Below, in pieces: positions 1 through 10,521 of a stretch of 64,000 bases of DNA. The notes beneath the pieces were generated by a model. That model was not told where the DNA came from. It made no database searches and saw nothing but the letters and a program-made list of their open reading frames with translations. How positions within the stretch are numbered: the first letter of the stretch is position 1; each line of letters opens with the position of its first letter. The translations under genes and the position numbers were made by a program. Source of the stretch: an uncultured Planctomycetaceae bacterium (GTDB taxonomy: Bacteria; Planctomycetota; Planctomycetia; Planctomycetales; Planctomycetaceae); NCBI GenBank assembly GCA_963815195.1, contig CAWFGE010000010.1, positions 352,001 through 416,000 on the forward strand, read 5' to 3'.

Positions 1-931
1 GCTGGCCGATGGCTTTCAAAGACTCCGCGGCATCCAGGCACGCGAGGGCGGAGAGTTGATAATCGTGATCGAACACCAGCGGGACCCACAACAGCGAAGC
101 GGCGGCCCGGTCGTATTGCCGGCGCTGCCGGCGGCCTTCGCCGATGACGAAATAGGCCCCGCCGCGAAGTTTCGGGGGCATGGCCCGGACCATGTCCTGC
201 CAGCGGTCCAAAGTCTGGCTTTCGACCTTCCCGCTTTGCAGGTCGAGCCGCCAAAGCTGGGCAATCGCGAGATGCCGGATGCGGGGGTCGGCATTCGTGT
301 GGAACTGGCGGAGATCGATCGCCGCCGAGCTTTGATACTTGGGATCAAACAGCAGCCCGCTCGCGGCCAAAAGCTTCGCGGCGGGCGTCTTTCGCTCTTG
401 CCATTGGAGAGCCGCGGCTTTCAATTGCGCATCGGGCGGCGAGGTGGTCCACACGAGCGGGATGTGGTTGAAGTGCAGCGTCGTTTTGTCGCTGTCATAG
501 ATCATCAAGAACCGCTCGCCCGCCTGGGCATAGTTGTTCTGCCGGAGCGCGCACTTCACGAGCATCGCGAGGATGTCCCGACGAACCCAGTCCCGCGGCT
601 CCTGCTTCAAGGCTTCTTCAAACAATTTGACCGCTGCCTCGGTGTCGCCGGCGGCAAACTTCTCCAGCCCCTCGGCGTGGGCTTGCACTTGGGCCGTCTC
701 GATCGAGATGACTTCCGACGAGGACTTGATGGTCGTCGGCCCCTCGTCCCGCGTCTGAAAGCGGATATATTCCCCGGTGTAGCTCAAGACGGTGCACACC
801 ACGCGAACCCGGCTGCCGTTGTCCTCGTTGAGCAGCGTGACCTTATCCCGCGTCGTCTGCGCTTGAGCGGCTGGAGGCAGCCCGCCCCAAACCGCGAGTG
901 TCGAACCGAATAGCAGAAGCGCAGATTTCAC
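1..931 (-). CDS. Secreted TPR-like helical protein, 3' end outside the window
   Basis: Read manually, since it is absent from the ORF track (no stop in the window). GTG at 931 overlaps the upstream stop (GTGA). Translation MKSALLLFGSTLAVWGGLPPAAQAQTTRDKV... gives a signal peptide then TPR-like helices (AVKLFEEALKQEPRDW; GAYFVIGEGRRQRRQYDRAA). The + strand ORF 56..913 is its antisense shadow. Confidence 0.75.
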   Translation of the reverse strand, partial: MKSALLLFGSTLAVWGGLPPAAQAQTTRDKVTLLNEDNGSRVRVVCTVLSYTGEYIRFQTRDEGPTTIKSSSEVISIETAQVQAHAEGLEKFAAGDTEAAVKLFEEALKQEPRDWVRRDILAMLVKCALRQNNYAQAGERFLMIYDSDKTTLHFNHIPLVWTTSPPDAQLKAAALQWQERKTPAAKLLAASGLLFDPKYQSSAAIDLRQFHTNADPRIRHLAIAQLWRLDLQSGKVESQTLDRWQDMVRAMPPKLRGGAYFVIGEGRRQRRQYDRAAASLLWVPLVFDHDYQLSALACLDAAESLKAIGQ

Positions 932-2016
932 GTTCCAGGGCTTTCGAGTTTCGAGATGTCCATGTAGGAATAGGTGCCGCGGTTTTCGCTCGCGAGTTGC
1001 TGGAGGAAGTTCTGAGCCGGCGTTTTCAGGTTCGGGCCTTCGCCGAACTGGATGCAGTTGATGTGTGTCTTATGGCCTTTGTTGTATTCCGCGCGGATCG
1101 TAAACAGGTCTCCCGCGGAGAGCCGGTCCTGGTCGGCGTCGGTGAGGAGGAAGATCACATCGGGTTTTAAGTCGAGCGCCGCTTGGAGAGCCGGCATATG
1201 CTTCGTCCCCCCGTTCGCCCCCAGGCTGTTGATAAAAAAGGCGGCCAGGTTGAGGTTCGGCCGCGTTGCGCGGTACAGCGAACTCGAAGTTCCCTTGTCG
1301 TTTCCCAAATGCATGACCTTGATGAGATGCGTGTAGGAGATGATTTGAAACTCTTGTTTCTGGTTCAAGCCGTTGATGCTTTGCATCAGCTTCTGCCGGG
1401 CGAAGCCGATGGCGTTGTTTGTGGACATGCTGCTCGACGTATCGATGACATACACCACCGTTTGCGCGGGCGAGGTCTGGCCCATAAAGCTGACGTCCCC
1501 CGGACCGTCGCCTTTGGCCGGGGGCGTATAAATCGAGTTGGCGGTGACGGTCGCTTCGCTGACGTCGGGCACACCCGAGGGCGGCGGCACCGCGGCGCTC
1601 TGGCCGATGACCGAGCGGGGTTTGACGTCGGGAAGATCGATCAGGTCCTTCGCAGCGGCGTCGGTTTCTTGCGTGGACGGGGCGGCGGACGACGTCGCGG
1701 CGGCCGTCTGGGACTGATTGTTTTGAAGCTCTTCGTCTTTTTGTTCTTCCGGGCGTTCGGGGGACGTGGTGGGTTCCTTGATGTAAATCCCGACCTCGCG
1801 GAAGTCGCCGTGGTCGGCCCCGGTGCCGATTTGCTCATCGCCGCAACTGGGTATGCCCGACGTCACCAGAAACACAATCACCGCCGCATGCAGCGTGCCC
1901 GAGAGCAACCAGCCCGGCACCGCGGCGAAGGACGACGGCCGGGCGGCATCGGGATTGGGGCGCGACTCCGCGGAGGCAGAATCGGCTGCGGGGGAAGGTG
2001 TGGGAGAGGTTGGCAT
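928..2016 (-). CDS. Membrane-anchored von Willebrand factor A (VWA) domain protein
   Basis: N-terminal TM (GWLLSGTLHAAVIVFLV), low-complexity linker, MIDAS motif VYVIDTSSSM, GGT and FLLTD. Start uncertain (2016 ATG or 2043 GTG). Confidence 0.85.
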   Translation of the reverse strand: MPTSPTPSPAADSASAESRPNPDAARPSSFAAVPGWLLSGTLHAAVIVFLVTSGIPSCGDEQIGTGADHGDFREVGIYIKEPTTSPERPEEQKDEELQNNQSQTAAATSSAAPSTQETDAAAKDLIDLPDVKPRSVIGQSAAVPPPSGVPDVSEATVTANSIYTPPAKGDGPGDVSFMGQTSPAQTVVYVIDTSSSMSTNNAIGFARQKLMQSINGLNQKQEFQIISYTHLIKVMHLGNDKGTSSSLYRATRPNLNLAAFFINSLGANGGTKHMPALQAALDLKPDVIFLLTDADQDRLSAGDLFTIRAEYNKGHKTHINCIQFGEGPNLKTPAQNFLQQLASENRGTYSYMDISKLESPGT

Positions 2017-2326
2017 GATGAAGCGGACGGGAAGAGAGGGCACGAGGATAAGAACGGATTACCCCTATCAGTTAGTCTAGGCGGCAAGCGAAATTGAGTC
2101 AACATGAGCAATTTGCGTTCAGCGGTGAAAACGCGGCGAAGAACGTGCGCCCTGGCTGGGCCAATGCTTAGAGGGGGCGACGGTGAGACATCGATCCGTT
2201 TTCGGAGGCCAACTGGCGGACCGCCCTGGCGGAGCCCGTGGCACACTCCAGTGGTGATTTGAGATCGCGGCCGGGCGGGTTATCATGGCTGAGTTTGAGA
2301 TCGGCTTTCGCAATCGGGAAAAACTG

Positions 2327-3622
2327 ATGTCCACGGCTCCTGTTGACCTCTCGGCGGACGTTTCGCGCGTGACGCGCTGGCGGACATTGGTCTGCTTGCT
2401 CCTGTTGGGGGCGACGTTTTTGAACTACGCGAACCGGTTCGCCTTCACGCAGAACGCGATGCGGATTCAAGAAGCGTTCGAAACCGACGAAGCCGGCTAC
2501 GGGAAGCTCGCGGGAAAATTCAGCGCGGGCTTTGCCTGCGGGGGATTGTTATTCGGCATCCTGGCGGACATGATCAGCGTGCGGCTTCTGTATCCGTTCG
2601 TGGTGATCGTCTGGTCGATTGCGGGGCTTTCGTCGGGATTGGCGGCCGATCTGTTTGGGTTGGGCGTTTGCCGGTTTTTGTTGGGGCTGTTCGAAGCCGG
2701 GCATTGGCCGTGCGCGCTGCGGACGACGCAGCGGGTGTTTCTACCCGACCGCCGCGTGTGGGCAAACAGCGTGCTGCAAAGCGGGGCGTCGCTGGGAGCG
2801 GTCGCCACGCCGCTGTTGGTGCTAGGGCTCTATCATGCGGACCCGGCCGTGTGGCGGTGGGCGTTTTTCATCGTGGGCGGTTTGGGGCTCCCTTGGGCGT
2901 TGGGCTGGCTGATGACCGTCGGCGAAGAGGACGTGCGGCGGCCGGTCATTCAAACGGACGAAACGAGCGCCGGCGTCGGCGAACGGAAGGAACTTCAGGA
3001 GGTGCCGTTCTATCAACTGTTTTTGACGCGCCGCTGGTGGCTGCTGTTGATCGTGGTTGTGTGCATCAACACGCTTTGGCATTATGTCCGCGTGTGGATG
3101 CCGGTGCTTTTGGAAAAGGACCACGGTTATTCGCCGGAGTTCGTGCAGACGTTCTCCTCGTGTTATTACTTGTCCACGTTTTTCGGCAGCATTGCTGCGG
3201 GCGTTCTGGTGTCGCGGCTCGCCGCTCGCGGTTGGAACGTCCACCGCGCCCGGCTCGCGTGTTTTTTGGGGTTCGGACTGTTGGCGACGCTGTCGGTCCC
3301 GGCGGCGTTTCTGCCACGGGGGCCGTGGCTGCTGGCTTTGCTGCTGTTGGTCGCGTTCGGATCGTTGGGGTTGTTTCCGATTTATTATTCCCTCAACCAA
3401 GAGCTGTCCGCCAAGAACCAGGGCAAAGTCGGGGGCACGCTGAGTTTCGCCACCTGGGGGATTCTCGCCTTCGTGCACCCGGCAATCGGGGCGTGGGTCA
3501 AGTCGGATCCGAGCATTCGCCCGTGGCTGTTTGCCGGTGTCGGGTTCGGACCGCTGATTGCATTCGCCGTCATTTCCCTGTTCTGGGGCCGGCGGCCGGC
3601 GGATGCCGCGATTTCGGAATGA
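2327..3622 (+). CDS. MFS transporter (ExuT/ACS-like)
   Basis: LNYANR motif, GILADMISVR loop, CRFLLGLFEAGHWP, about 12 TM segments. Confidence 0.88.
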   Translation: MSTAPVDLSADVSRVTRWRTLVCLLLLGATFLNYANRFAFTQNAMRIQEAFETDEAGYGKLAGKFSAGFACGGLLFGILADMISVRLLYPFVVIVWSIAGLSSGLAADLFGLGVCRFLLGLFEAGHWPCALRTTQRVFLPDRRVWANSVLQSGASLGAVATPLLVLGLYHADPAVWRWAFFIVGGLGLPWALGWLMTVGEEDVRRPVIQTDETSAGVGERKELQEVPFYQLFLTRRWWLLLIVVVCINTLWHYVRVWMPVLLEKDHGYSPEFVQTFSSCYYLSTFFGSIAAGVLVSRLAARGWNVHRARLACFLGFGLLATLSVPAAFLPRGPWLLALLLLVAFGSLGLFPIYYSLNQELSAKNQGKVGGTLSFATWGILAFVHPAIGAWVKSDPSIRPWLFAGVGFGPLIAFAVISLFWGRRPADAAISE

Positions 3623-3709
3623 TCTGCGACATCGTTCCCTGCACAAACTGGTTGGGTTTGATTATGATGCGGGCGTTTTGAGGGCAGGACTTTTCAGGAG
3701 ATGACATCC

Positions 3710-4492
3710 ATGAGTTTTTCAGGCCGAACGGCATTGGTGACGGGGGCTTCGCGGGGCATCGGACGGGCGTGCGCAATCGAACTGGCGCGGGGCGGGATCA
3801 ATGTGGGCATCAATTTTCGCTCGCATCCCGAAGAAGCCGAGGAAGCGGCCGAGGAAGTAAAAAAAGCCGGGGCCGAGGCGATTTTGCTCAAAGCCGACGT
3901 GGCCGATCAATCGGCGGTGGAGGACATGGTGGCCCGCGTGGTGTCCGAATGGGGCCGGCTGGATTATTACATTTCCAACGCCGCCTACAGCGACCGCGAG
4001 CTGATGGTCGATGCCGACATCGAGGGCTTTCGCCGCACGATCGACGTTTCGATGTGGGGGGCGTTTTACGGCGTCAGGGCGGCGGCGCGGCAGATGATCC
4101 AGCAAGGCGGCGGCGGGGCGATCGGCATTGTCAGTTCGCCGCACGCCGTGCTCGCGATTCCGACTTCGATGGCCTACAACATGGCCAAGGCCGCCATCGA
4201 CCACATGGCCCGCACCGCCGCGATCGAACTCGCCCCGCACCGCATTCGGGTCAACATCGTGCATCCCGGCTGGATCGACACGCCGGGCGAACGCAAGTTC
4301 TTCACCGAAGAGCAAATCGAACAGGGTGCCAAGGCCCTGCCCCTGGGCCGGCTCGGGCAGGCGTCCGAAATCGCCAAGGCCGTCGCTTATACTCTGAGCG
4401 ATGAAGCCGCGTACATGACCGGCAGCACCCTGACCATCGACGGCGGCGTGAGCCTTCCCTGGTGGTCGAACCGCGCGGAAGGACAAATGTAA
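3710..4492 (+). CDS. SDR family oxidoreductase
   Basis: [11 protein letters not shown](P) motif, YNMAK catalytic motif, [21 protein letters not shown] upstream. Confidence 0.92.
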   Translation: MSFSGRTALVTGASRGIGRACAIELARGGINVGINFRSHPEEAEEAAEEVKKAGAEAILLKADVADQSAVEDMVARVVSEWGRLDYYISNAAYSDRELMVDADIEGFRRTIDVSMWGAFYGVRAAARQMIQQGGGGAIGIVSSPHAVLAIPTSMAYNMAKAAIDHMARTAAIELAPHRIRVNIVHPGWIDTPGERKFFTEEQIEQGAKALPLGRLGQASEIAKAVAYTLSDEAAYMTGSTLTIDGGVSLPWWSNRAEGQM

Positions 4493-4503
4493 AAGGACCA
4501 AAC

Positions 4504-5865
4504 ATGGAAAACGTCGCGAGTTATCTGGAAGAGCAAGCCGACCGGTTTGTGGAGGATCTCAAGGCCCTGCTGCGGATTCCCAGCGTGAGTGCGGACTCGG
4601 CTTACAAAGCCGACGTGCGAAAGGCCGCGGAATATGTAAGACAGCAGCTCGCCTCGGCCGGTTTGGAGACCGAGCTTTACGAGACGGCGGGGAACCCGAT
4701 TATTTATGCGAGTTGGCTCGGAGCCGAGGGCCAGCCGACGGCTTTGGTGTATGGACATTATGATGTCCAGCCGCCTGACCCGCTCGATGAATGGGAGACG
4801 CCGCCCTTCGAACCGAGCGTTCGCGACGGCAAAATCTTCGCGCGGGGAGCGACCGACGACAAAGGCCAGATGCTGACGCACGTCAAGTCCGTCGAAGCCT
4901 GGATGAAAACGGAAGGCCGATTGCCGATCAATATCAAGTTCGTCATCGAAGGCGAAGAAGAAGTCGGCGGCGACAACCTGGATCGGTTTCTCCAGGAGCA
5001 CAAAGACCTGTTGGCCTGCGACGTGGTCGTGGTCAGCGATACCAGCCAATATGCCCCCGGGAGGCCCGCGATCACTTACGGCCTCCGCGGGAATTTCGGC
5101 TGCGAAATTACGCTCCGCGGCCCCAGGCAGGATTTGCACAGCGGGATGTTTGGCGGCTCCGTCGCCAATCCCGCCAATGCCCTGGCCCGCATGATCGCGG
5201 CTTTGCACGACGACAACGGCCGGGTGCGGATTCCCGGCTTTTATGACGACGTCCTGCCGCTGTCCGACGAAGAACGCCGGGCGTTCGCGAACCTTCCGTT
5301 CGATGAGGCGTCTTTTCTGGAGAAGCTCGGGTTGGGCGCCCCGTTTGGCGAGGAAGGTTTTACCACGCTCGAACGCCGCTGGGCCAGACCGACCTGTGAT
5401 GTCAACGGGATCAAAAGCGGCTACACCGGCGAAGGTCCGAAGACGATCGTCCCCGCCAAGGCGATGGCGAAACTCAGTTGCCGGCTGGTCCCCAATCAGG
5501 ATCCGGAAAAATTGCTCCAGGCTTTGCGAGATTTCCTCGAAGAACAACTTCGGCCCGGTTTGCAAATGGAATTCAAACCCTACCACGGCGGACCGGGGTT
5601 GGTGTTTGCGACCGACAGCCCGTTCATGCAGGCGGCCCGCCGGGCGATCGAGTTCTCCTTCGGCACGCCGCCGGTAATGATCCGTGAAGGCGGCTCGATC
5701 CCCGTGGTTTCGGCCTTTCGGCAGATTTTGGGAGTCGATACACTCCTGTTGGGCTGGGGCCAGGACACCGACAACCTCCACAGCCCCAACGAACATTTTA
5801 CCTTGGCCGATTTTCACCGGGGCATCAAAGCCAGTGCCGCGCTCTGGCAGGAACTAAAAAGTTAG
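4504..5865 (+). CDS. M20 family dipeptidase (ArgE/DapE-like)
   Basis: [29 protein letters not shown] and HSPNE metal-binding motifs. Confidence 0.92.
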   Translation: MENVASYLEEQADRFVEDLKALLRIPSVSADSAYKADVRKAAEYVRQQLASAGLETELYETAGNPIIYASWLGAEGQPTALVYGHYDVQPPDPLDEWETPPFEPSVRDGKIFARGATDDKGQMLTHVKSVEAWMKTEGRLPINIKFVIEGEEEVGGDNLDRFLQEHKDLLACDVVVVSDTSQYAPGRPAITYGLRGNFGCEITLRGPRQDLHSGMFGGSVANPANALARMIAALHDDNGRVRIPGFYDDVLPLSDEERRAFANLPFDEASFLEKLGLGAPFGEEGFTTLERRWARPTCDVNGIKSGYTGEGPKTIVPAKAMAKLSCRLVPNQDPEKLLQALRDFLEEQLRPGLQMEFKPYHGGPGLVFATDSPFMQAARRAIEFSFGTPPVMIREGGSIPVVSAFRQILGVDTLLLGWGQDTDNLHSPNEHFTLADFHRGIKASAALWQELKS

Positions 5866-5892
5866 GGCGAGCGGGGGGTGTAAACCCCCTGG
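5863..5892 (+). repeat. REP-like short palindromic element
   Basis: TAGGGCGAGCGGGGGGTGTAAACCCCCTGG immediately after the stop codon, with a GGGGG/CCCCC hairpin. Confidence 0.45.
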
Positions 5893-5998
5893 TTGGTTTG
5901 AACATTTAAGGATATTCGTTTGCTGGAGCACTCGTGAGTCATCTGCCGGCTTACACCGGCCGCTCGCCTGGTCTAAAGAAGTCATCGAAAGACAAATC

Positions 5999-7280
5999 AT
6001 GTTGGACCTTCAATTCATTTGCGAAAACAAGGAGGCCGTCGCGGAGAACTGCCGAAACCGCGGCGTCGCCGTGAATTTGGATCGGCTGATCGACCTTCGC
6101 GAGGCCCGGAACCAATTGATCGTCGAAGGCGATCAGCTTCGGCACGAGCAGAAAGAACTCTCGAACGAGATCCCCAAAACCAAAGACGCCGACAAAAAGC
6201 AGGCCCTGATTGCCCGCGGCCGAGAGTTGCGGGAGCAAATCGCCACGAATGAAGTCGCCCAGAAGGAATACGAGGCCGAGCTGCGGATCGAGCAGGCCCG
6301 CATTCCCAACATGACCCACCCCGACTCCCCCGTGGGCCGCACGGAAGAGGACAGCAAGACGCTGCGGACGTGGGGCGAGATTCCCAAGTTCGATTTCGAG
6401 CCGCTCGATCACTTGGACCTTGCGGAAAAGCACGATCTGATCGATCTGGAAGCCGGGGCGCGGGTGGCGGGGCACGGGTTTTATTTCCTCAAGAACGAAG
6501 CCGTGCTTCTCGAAACCTCGCTCGTACAATATGCCTTGCAGAAATTGCGGGCCGCGGGTTTCACGTTGATGAGCACGCCCGACATCGCCCGGGATGAAGT
6601 CCTCGAAGGCATCGGCTTTATTCCCCGCGGCGAGGAGGCTCAGAATCTATTCCATCCAGGACACCGATTTGAGCCTGGTGGCGACGGCGGAAATCACGCT
6701 GGGCGGTTCGCTCAAAGATCAAGTTTTGGACGTGTCGAAACTGCCCATCAAGCTCGCGGGGCTGTCGCATTGCTTCCGCACCGAAGCCGGCGCCCACGGC
6801 CGCGCCACGCGCGGGATTTACCGAGTCCATCAGTTTACGAAGGTGGAGATCTTCGGCTTCACCGCCCCCGATCTGGAACTGTCCAACCCCTTTCACGAAC
6901 AAATCGTCGCAATCGAGGAAGAGATTTTCCAAGGCCTGAAAATTCCCTACCGGGTGATCGACACCGCCACCGGCGATTTGGGCGGGCCGGCTTACCGCAA
7001 ATTCGATCTGGAAGCCTGGATGCCCGGGCGAGGCGAAGGCGGTGCGTTTGGCGAAGTGACCTCGGCGTCCAACTGCACCGACTACCAGGCCCGCCGATTG
7101 GGCATTCGCTGCAAATCGCCCGACCGCAAAGGCACAGAGTTCGTGCACACGCTCAACGGCACCGCCGTCGCCAGCACCCGGGCGATCATCGCCATCCTGG
7201 AAAACTACCAGCAAGCCGACGGCAGCATCCTCATCCCCGAAATCCTCCGCCCCTGGGTCGGCGAGGAAAGAATCGGCTAA
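5999..7280 (+). CDS. serS: Serine--tRNA ligase with a single frameshift near 6644 (probably a sequencing error)
   Basis: MLDLQFI..., RIPNMTHPDSPVG and DHLDLA lie in ORF 5999; ATAEI, CFRTEAG, RGIYRVHQFTKVE, KFDLEAWMPG and HTLNGTAVA lie in ORF 6594..7280. There is an extra A in CAG-A-ATC-TAT. Confidence 0.95.
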
Positions 7281-7344
7281 CAGGGAGAGGTCTAAGCTAA
7301 GGAGTTGGCCGCAGATTCTCGTGGCCCGCACGTGGTGGAACGGA

Positions 7345-7375
7345 TATAATGGCCTAATGAGCAATCCGAGGAGGA
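7345..7375 (+). promoter_or_regulatory. Putative -10 box and RBS of the zinc-ribbon/NTase cassette
   Basis: TATAAT at 7345-7350; GAGGAGG upstream of ATG 7382. Confidence 0.5.
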
Positions 7376-7381
7376 AGAATC

Positions 7382-7921
7382 ATGCACCGCGTGCGAATTG
7401 TCATTCAGCACAATCCTGACGATCCCGCTGACGACCTGCGGTGGGCCGCCCGATTGCGGCGCGACCTCTGGGCGCACTCCTCAGTGGAAATCGATCCCGA
7501 CAGCGCAAAACACGCCACGCACCGAAATGGCGAGGGGAATGCCTACTTCGAATTTGCCACCAACCATTTGCCTGAAGTTCGTCGCATCGTCGAGGATTAC
7601 GGATACAAGGACCGCGCAAGCGTCGAAGTGATTCAGGAGGGGCAGGGCACGGAATGCGTGAATTGTGGTTATATCTCTCCAGAATTGGCAACGGTCTGTC
7701 CGAATTGTCATTTTCGCGATATTGGACCGTGTCCTTACTGTAACAATGAAGTGGCCCGATTAAACTACATTTCGATCGCCGGCGATTTGTTTCAATGTCC
7801 GATTTGCCACCACCGGGTCCGGTTCCAATTCCATGATCCTTTGTTCGATGCGAGCGGCCATTACAATCAGCCGTTGGTTCGCGTCAATCCCGCCGAGGCG
7901 CCGGTCGAACATGATGTTTGA
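7382..7921 (+). CDS. Hypothetical protein with a double zinc ribbon (four CxxC)
   Basis: CVNC, CPNC, CPYC, CPIC; strong RBS; 3' end overlaps the next start codon. Confidence 0.8.
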   Translation: MHRVRIVIQHNPDDPADDLRWAARLRRDLWAHSSVEIDPDSAKHATHRNGEGNAYFEFATNHLPEVRRIVEDYGYKDRASVEVIQEGQGTECVNCGYISPELATVCPNCHFRDIGPCPYCNNEVARLNYISIAGDLFQCPICHHRVRFQFHDPLFDASGHYNQPLVRVNPAEAPVEHDV

Positions 7922-8609
7922 CGAGCACGGCCATATCCTCCTCACACCGCGCGAAGTCAGGCAGCAGGCGTTCGATGACCCAGACGGACTCATCAATCAT
8001 GCCCTGATGCCTGGCACCCCTCTCGGGTTTCCCACGTATACCCAATATGCCCGGTTCGTTGATTATCTGTCCGCGAAGTTGGGAATCCATCCACATCACT
8101 TCCTGTTTCGAGGAAGCACAAAGATCGGGTTTAGTATTTCGCCCAATCGGGAAAAGAAAAAAACGTGGCGCAGGTTTGGAGCGGGTTCGGATTTGGACTT
8201 GGCCATTGCCGATCCGCATTTCTATGCGACGGTGGATGAGGCAGTTCGCCGGCATGACCGTATCTCAGAAAATCGCAAGCAAGTTTTCCAATATCGAAGC
8301 GGGACGGAGTTTTATAAGTACGAGAACCGCATCCATCAAAAGGGCCGGCACGATTGCTATCGGTTCTTCGATCTTCCGCGCGGCCTCTCCTGCCTCACCG
8401 AACTCGAGGAAGTTTTGAGGAATGCACCGGTTGACGATTGTTGCGTTTTTAAATTCGTCGAATTCAAGGCGTTCATTTTCCGCGACCGATGCGCGGTGCA
8501 TCGGCGGTATCATACCGACTTGGATGATCTTCGCCGCGGACTGACGACAAAATTCGATCGCCTGCCCGAACCGCCCGAGGAACCTTTCGGGAATGACGAA
8601 TTGGTTTAG
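7911..8609 (+). CDS. Putative Pol-beta superfamily nucleotidyltransferase
   Basis: hGS...DxD signature: FRGSTKIGFSISP...FGAGSDLDLAI. ATG 7911 overlaps the upstream gene by 11 nt. Confidence 0.7.
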   Translation: MMFDEHGHILLTPREVRQQAFDDPDGLINHALMPGTPLGFPTYTQYARFVDYLSAKLGIHPHHFLFRGSTKIGFSISPNREKKKTWRRFGAGSDLDLAIADPHFYATVDEAVRRHDRISENRKQVFQYRSGTEFYKYENRIHQKGRHDCYRFFDLPRGLSCLTELEEVLRNAPVDDCCVFKFVEFKAFIFRDRCAVHRRYHTDLDDLRRGLTTKFDRLPEPPEEPFGNDELV

Positions 8610-9024
8610 CGCAATGTTGCGACTGTTGCCGGACCAAGTCTCGACTTCAACCGGTGCCGCCTGAGGTATTGAAAGTGAGCTTAGAGGTTTGAGGATTGGA
8701 AGCCAGCGTCCCATTGCCAAATCCCCGTCCTCCATCCTCCATCCTCATTCAGGATGTTGGCTGCCGGAAAGCACCCGGCGGACGGTCTCGCATTTCTCCC
8801 GACGTCGCGATTGGGCATCCTTCCCTTTTTCTTGATGACCTTTGGAAACTTCGCCGAACAATCCGCGCGCGCGCCTGATTGTAAGCTAAGTTTCATTGCC
8901 TTGTCGTTATGCCCAGTCCACCCGATCCGTTTTATCGATTAAAGCGGTCTTACGGGCGGCGGGCGGCGACTGACATTCCTCCTGGTGCGTCACGGCCCCG
9001 ATTCAAGATAAAGGATCAACGAAT

Positions 9025-10347
9025 ATGGTCACGGCCAATCCCATCCGCGGCGGGCGCGGCATGGAAAGCGGGCAGGGCGAGTTTGAAGAACTCAAACGCC
9101 TCATTCACGGTAAACTCGTCGACAAGCTCGATCTTTCCCGCTTGGGGGATCTCGAAGGCGATACGCTCCGCCGCGAAATTCGCCTCGTCGTCGAGCACCT
9201 CTGCGACACGGAAAGCCCGCTGCTCAACCGCTCGGAACGCGAACGGTTGATCGAAGAGGTTTTGGACGAAACCTTCGGCTTCGGCCCCTTGGAGATTCTG
9301 CTCAAGGAAGACGGCGTCGCCGATATTATGATCAATGGACCCAAACACGTTTTTATCGAAAAGAACGGGCGGATCCAGCGCTCGAGCGTCACGTTCCGCG
9401 ACAATGACCACCTCATGCAGATTCTCGACCGGATCGTGTCCAAGGTCGGTCGCCGGATCGACGAGACCTCGCCCATGTGCGACGCCCGCCTGCCGGACGG
9501 CTCCCGCGTGAACGCGGTGATTCCCCCGCTCGCGCTCGACGGGCCTTCGCTGACCATTCGGCGGTTTGGTTCGAACCCGCTGACCTTGGAAGACCTGCTC
9601 CGCTTCGGGGCGTTCACGCCGGAGATGGTGATGCTCTTGGAAGGGGCCGTCAAAGCCCGCTTGAACATGATTATCAGCGGCGGGACGGGTTCCGGGAAAA
9701 CGACGCTGCTCAACACGCTGTCGAGCTTTATTCCGCCCGATCAGCGGATGATTACGATTGAAGACGCCGCGGAACTTCAGCTCCAACAGGAGCACGTGCT
9801 CCGCCTGGAAACCCGGCCGGCCAACATCGAAGGCAAAGGCCGGGTCGGTGCGACCGACCTCGTCAAGAACGCCCTGCGGATGCGGCCCGACCGGATCATC
9901 ATCGGCGAATGCCGGGGCCCGGAAGCGCTCGACATGCTGCAAGCCATGAACACCGGCCACGAAGGGTCCTTGACGACCATCCACGCCAACACGCCCCGCG
10001 ACGCCGTCTCCCGTCTGGAAACCATGATCAGCATGGGCGGTTTGGAGCTGCCCCTGAAAGCCTTGCGTCACCAGTTCGCGTCGGCCGTCGATTTGATCAT
10101 TCAAGCCAACCGTCTCCAAGGCGGGCCGCGGAAAATTACGCACATCACCGAAGTTTTGAACATGGAGCAAGACACGGTGATTATGCAGGACGTTTTCCTG
10201 TTCGTTCAGGACGGCATCGACGAGAACGGGCGGGCCCACGGGCACTTTGAAGCGACGGGCGTGCGGCCGTCCTTTATGAGCCGGCTCGAGGCGGCAGGCG
10301 TGCGTCTGCCGTCGAACCTGTTTGCCGCCCGCGCACTCGGAAGCTGA
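9025..10347 (+). CDS. cpaF: CpaF/TadA pilus assembly ATPase
   Basis: Walker [41 protein letters not shown]. Confidence 0.95.
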   Translation: MVTANPIRGGRGMESGQGEFEELKRLIHGKLVDKLDLSRLGDLEGDTLRREIRLVVEHLCDTESPLLNRSERERLIEEVLDETFGFGPLEILLKEDGVADIMINGPKHVFIEKNGRIQRSSVTFRDNDHLMQILDRIVSKVGRRIDETSPMCDARLPDGSRVNAVIPPLALDGPSLTIRRFGSNPLTLEDLLRFGAFTPEMVMLLEGAVKARLNMIISGGTGSGKTTLLNTLSSFIPPDQRMITIEDAAELQLQQEHVLRLETRPANIEGKGRVGATDLVKNALRMRPDRIIIGECRGPEALDMLQAMNTGHEGSLTTIHANTPRDAVSRLETMISMGGLELPLKALRHQFASAVDLIIQANRLQGGPRKITHITEVLNMEQDTVIMQDVFLFVQDGIDENGRAHGHFEATGVRPSFMSRLEAAGVRLPSNLFAARALGS

Positions 10348-10439
10348 TTCCGACCGATGAATCACCCGGCGGCAAGGACGGAACAAGCCGCCGCTCGAAA
10401 GTCAACGAAAAGCTAGGATGAAAAGCGCCGAGCAGTCCT

Positions 10440-10464
10440 GTGGCACAGACATTCCCGTCTGTGC
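10440..10464 (+). repeat. REP-like hairpin
   Basis: GTG-GCACAGAC-ATTCCC-GTCTGTGC in the cpaF-tadB spacer. Confidence 0.45.
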
Positions 10465-10521
10465 GGATCCTGCTTCCAATTCGGCACGTCCCCAGATCTA
10501 AAATCCATCAGGCAGACTATT

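Noticed and set aside
56..913. Long + strand ORF, and similar long antisense ORFs (e.g. 9016..10386, 25490..27214, 29180..30733, 36199..37806, 45238..47367, 54008..56305)
   Set aside because: These are antisense shadows of recognisable genes, expected in GC-rich DNA, and carry no protein motifs.
6630..6660. Programmed frameshift or pseudogenisation of serS
   Set aside because: There is no slippery sequence, the gene is essential, and similar indels occur across the window, so sequencing error is more parsimonious.
7275..7310. Bona fide integron attC site
   Set aside because: It is too short (36 nt), the core boxes are imperfect, and there is no integrase or second attC; kept only as a possible scar.
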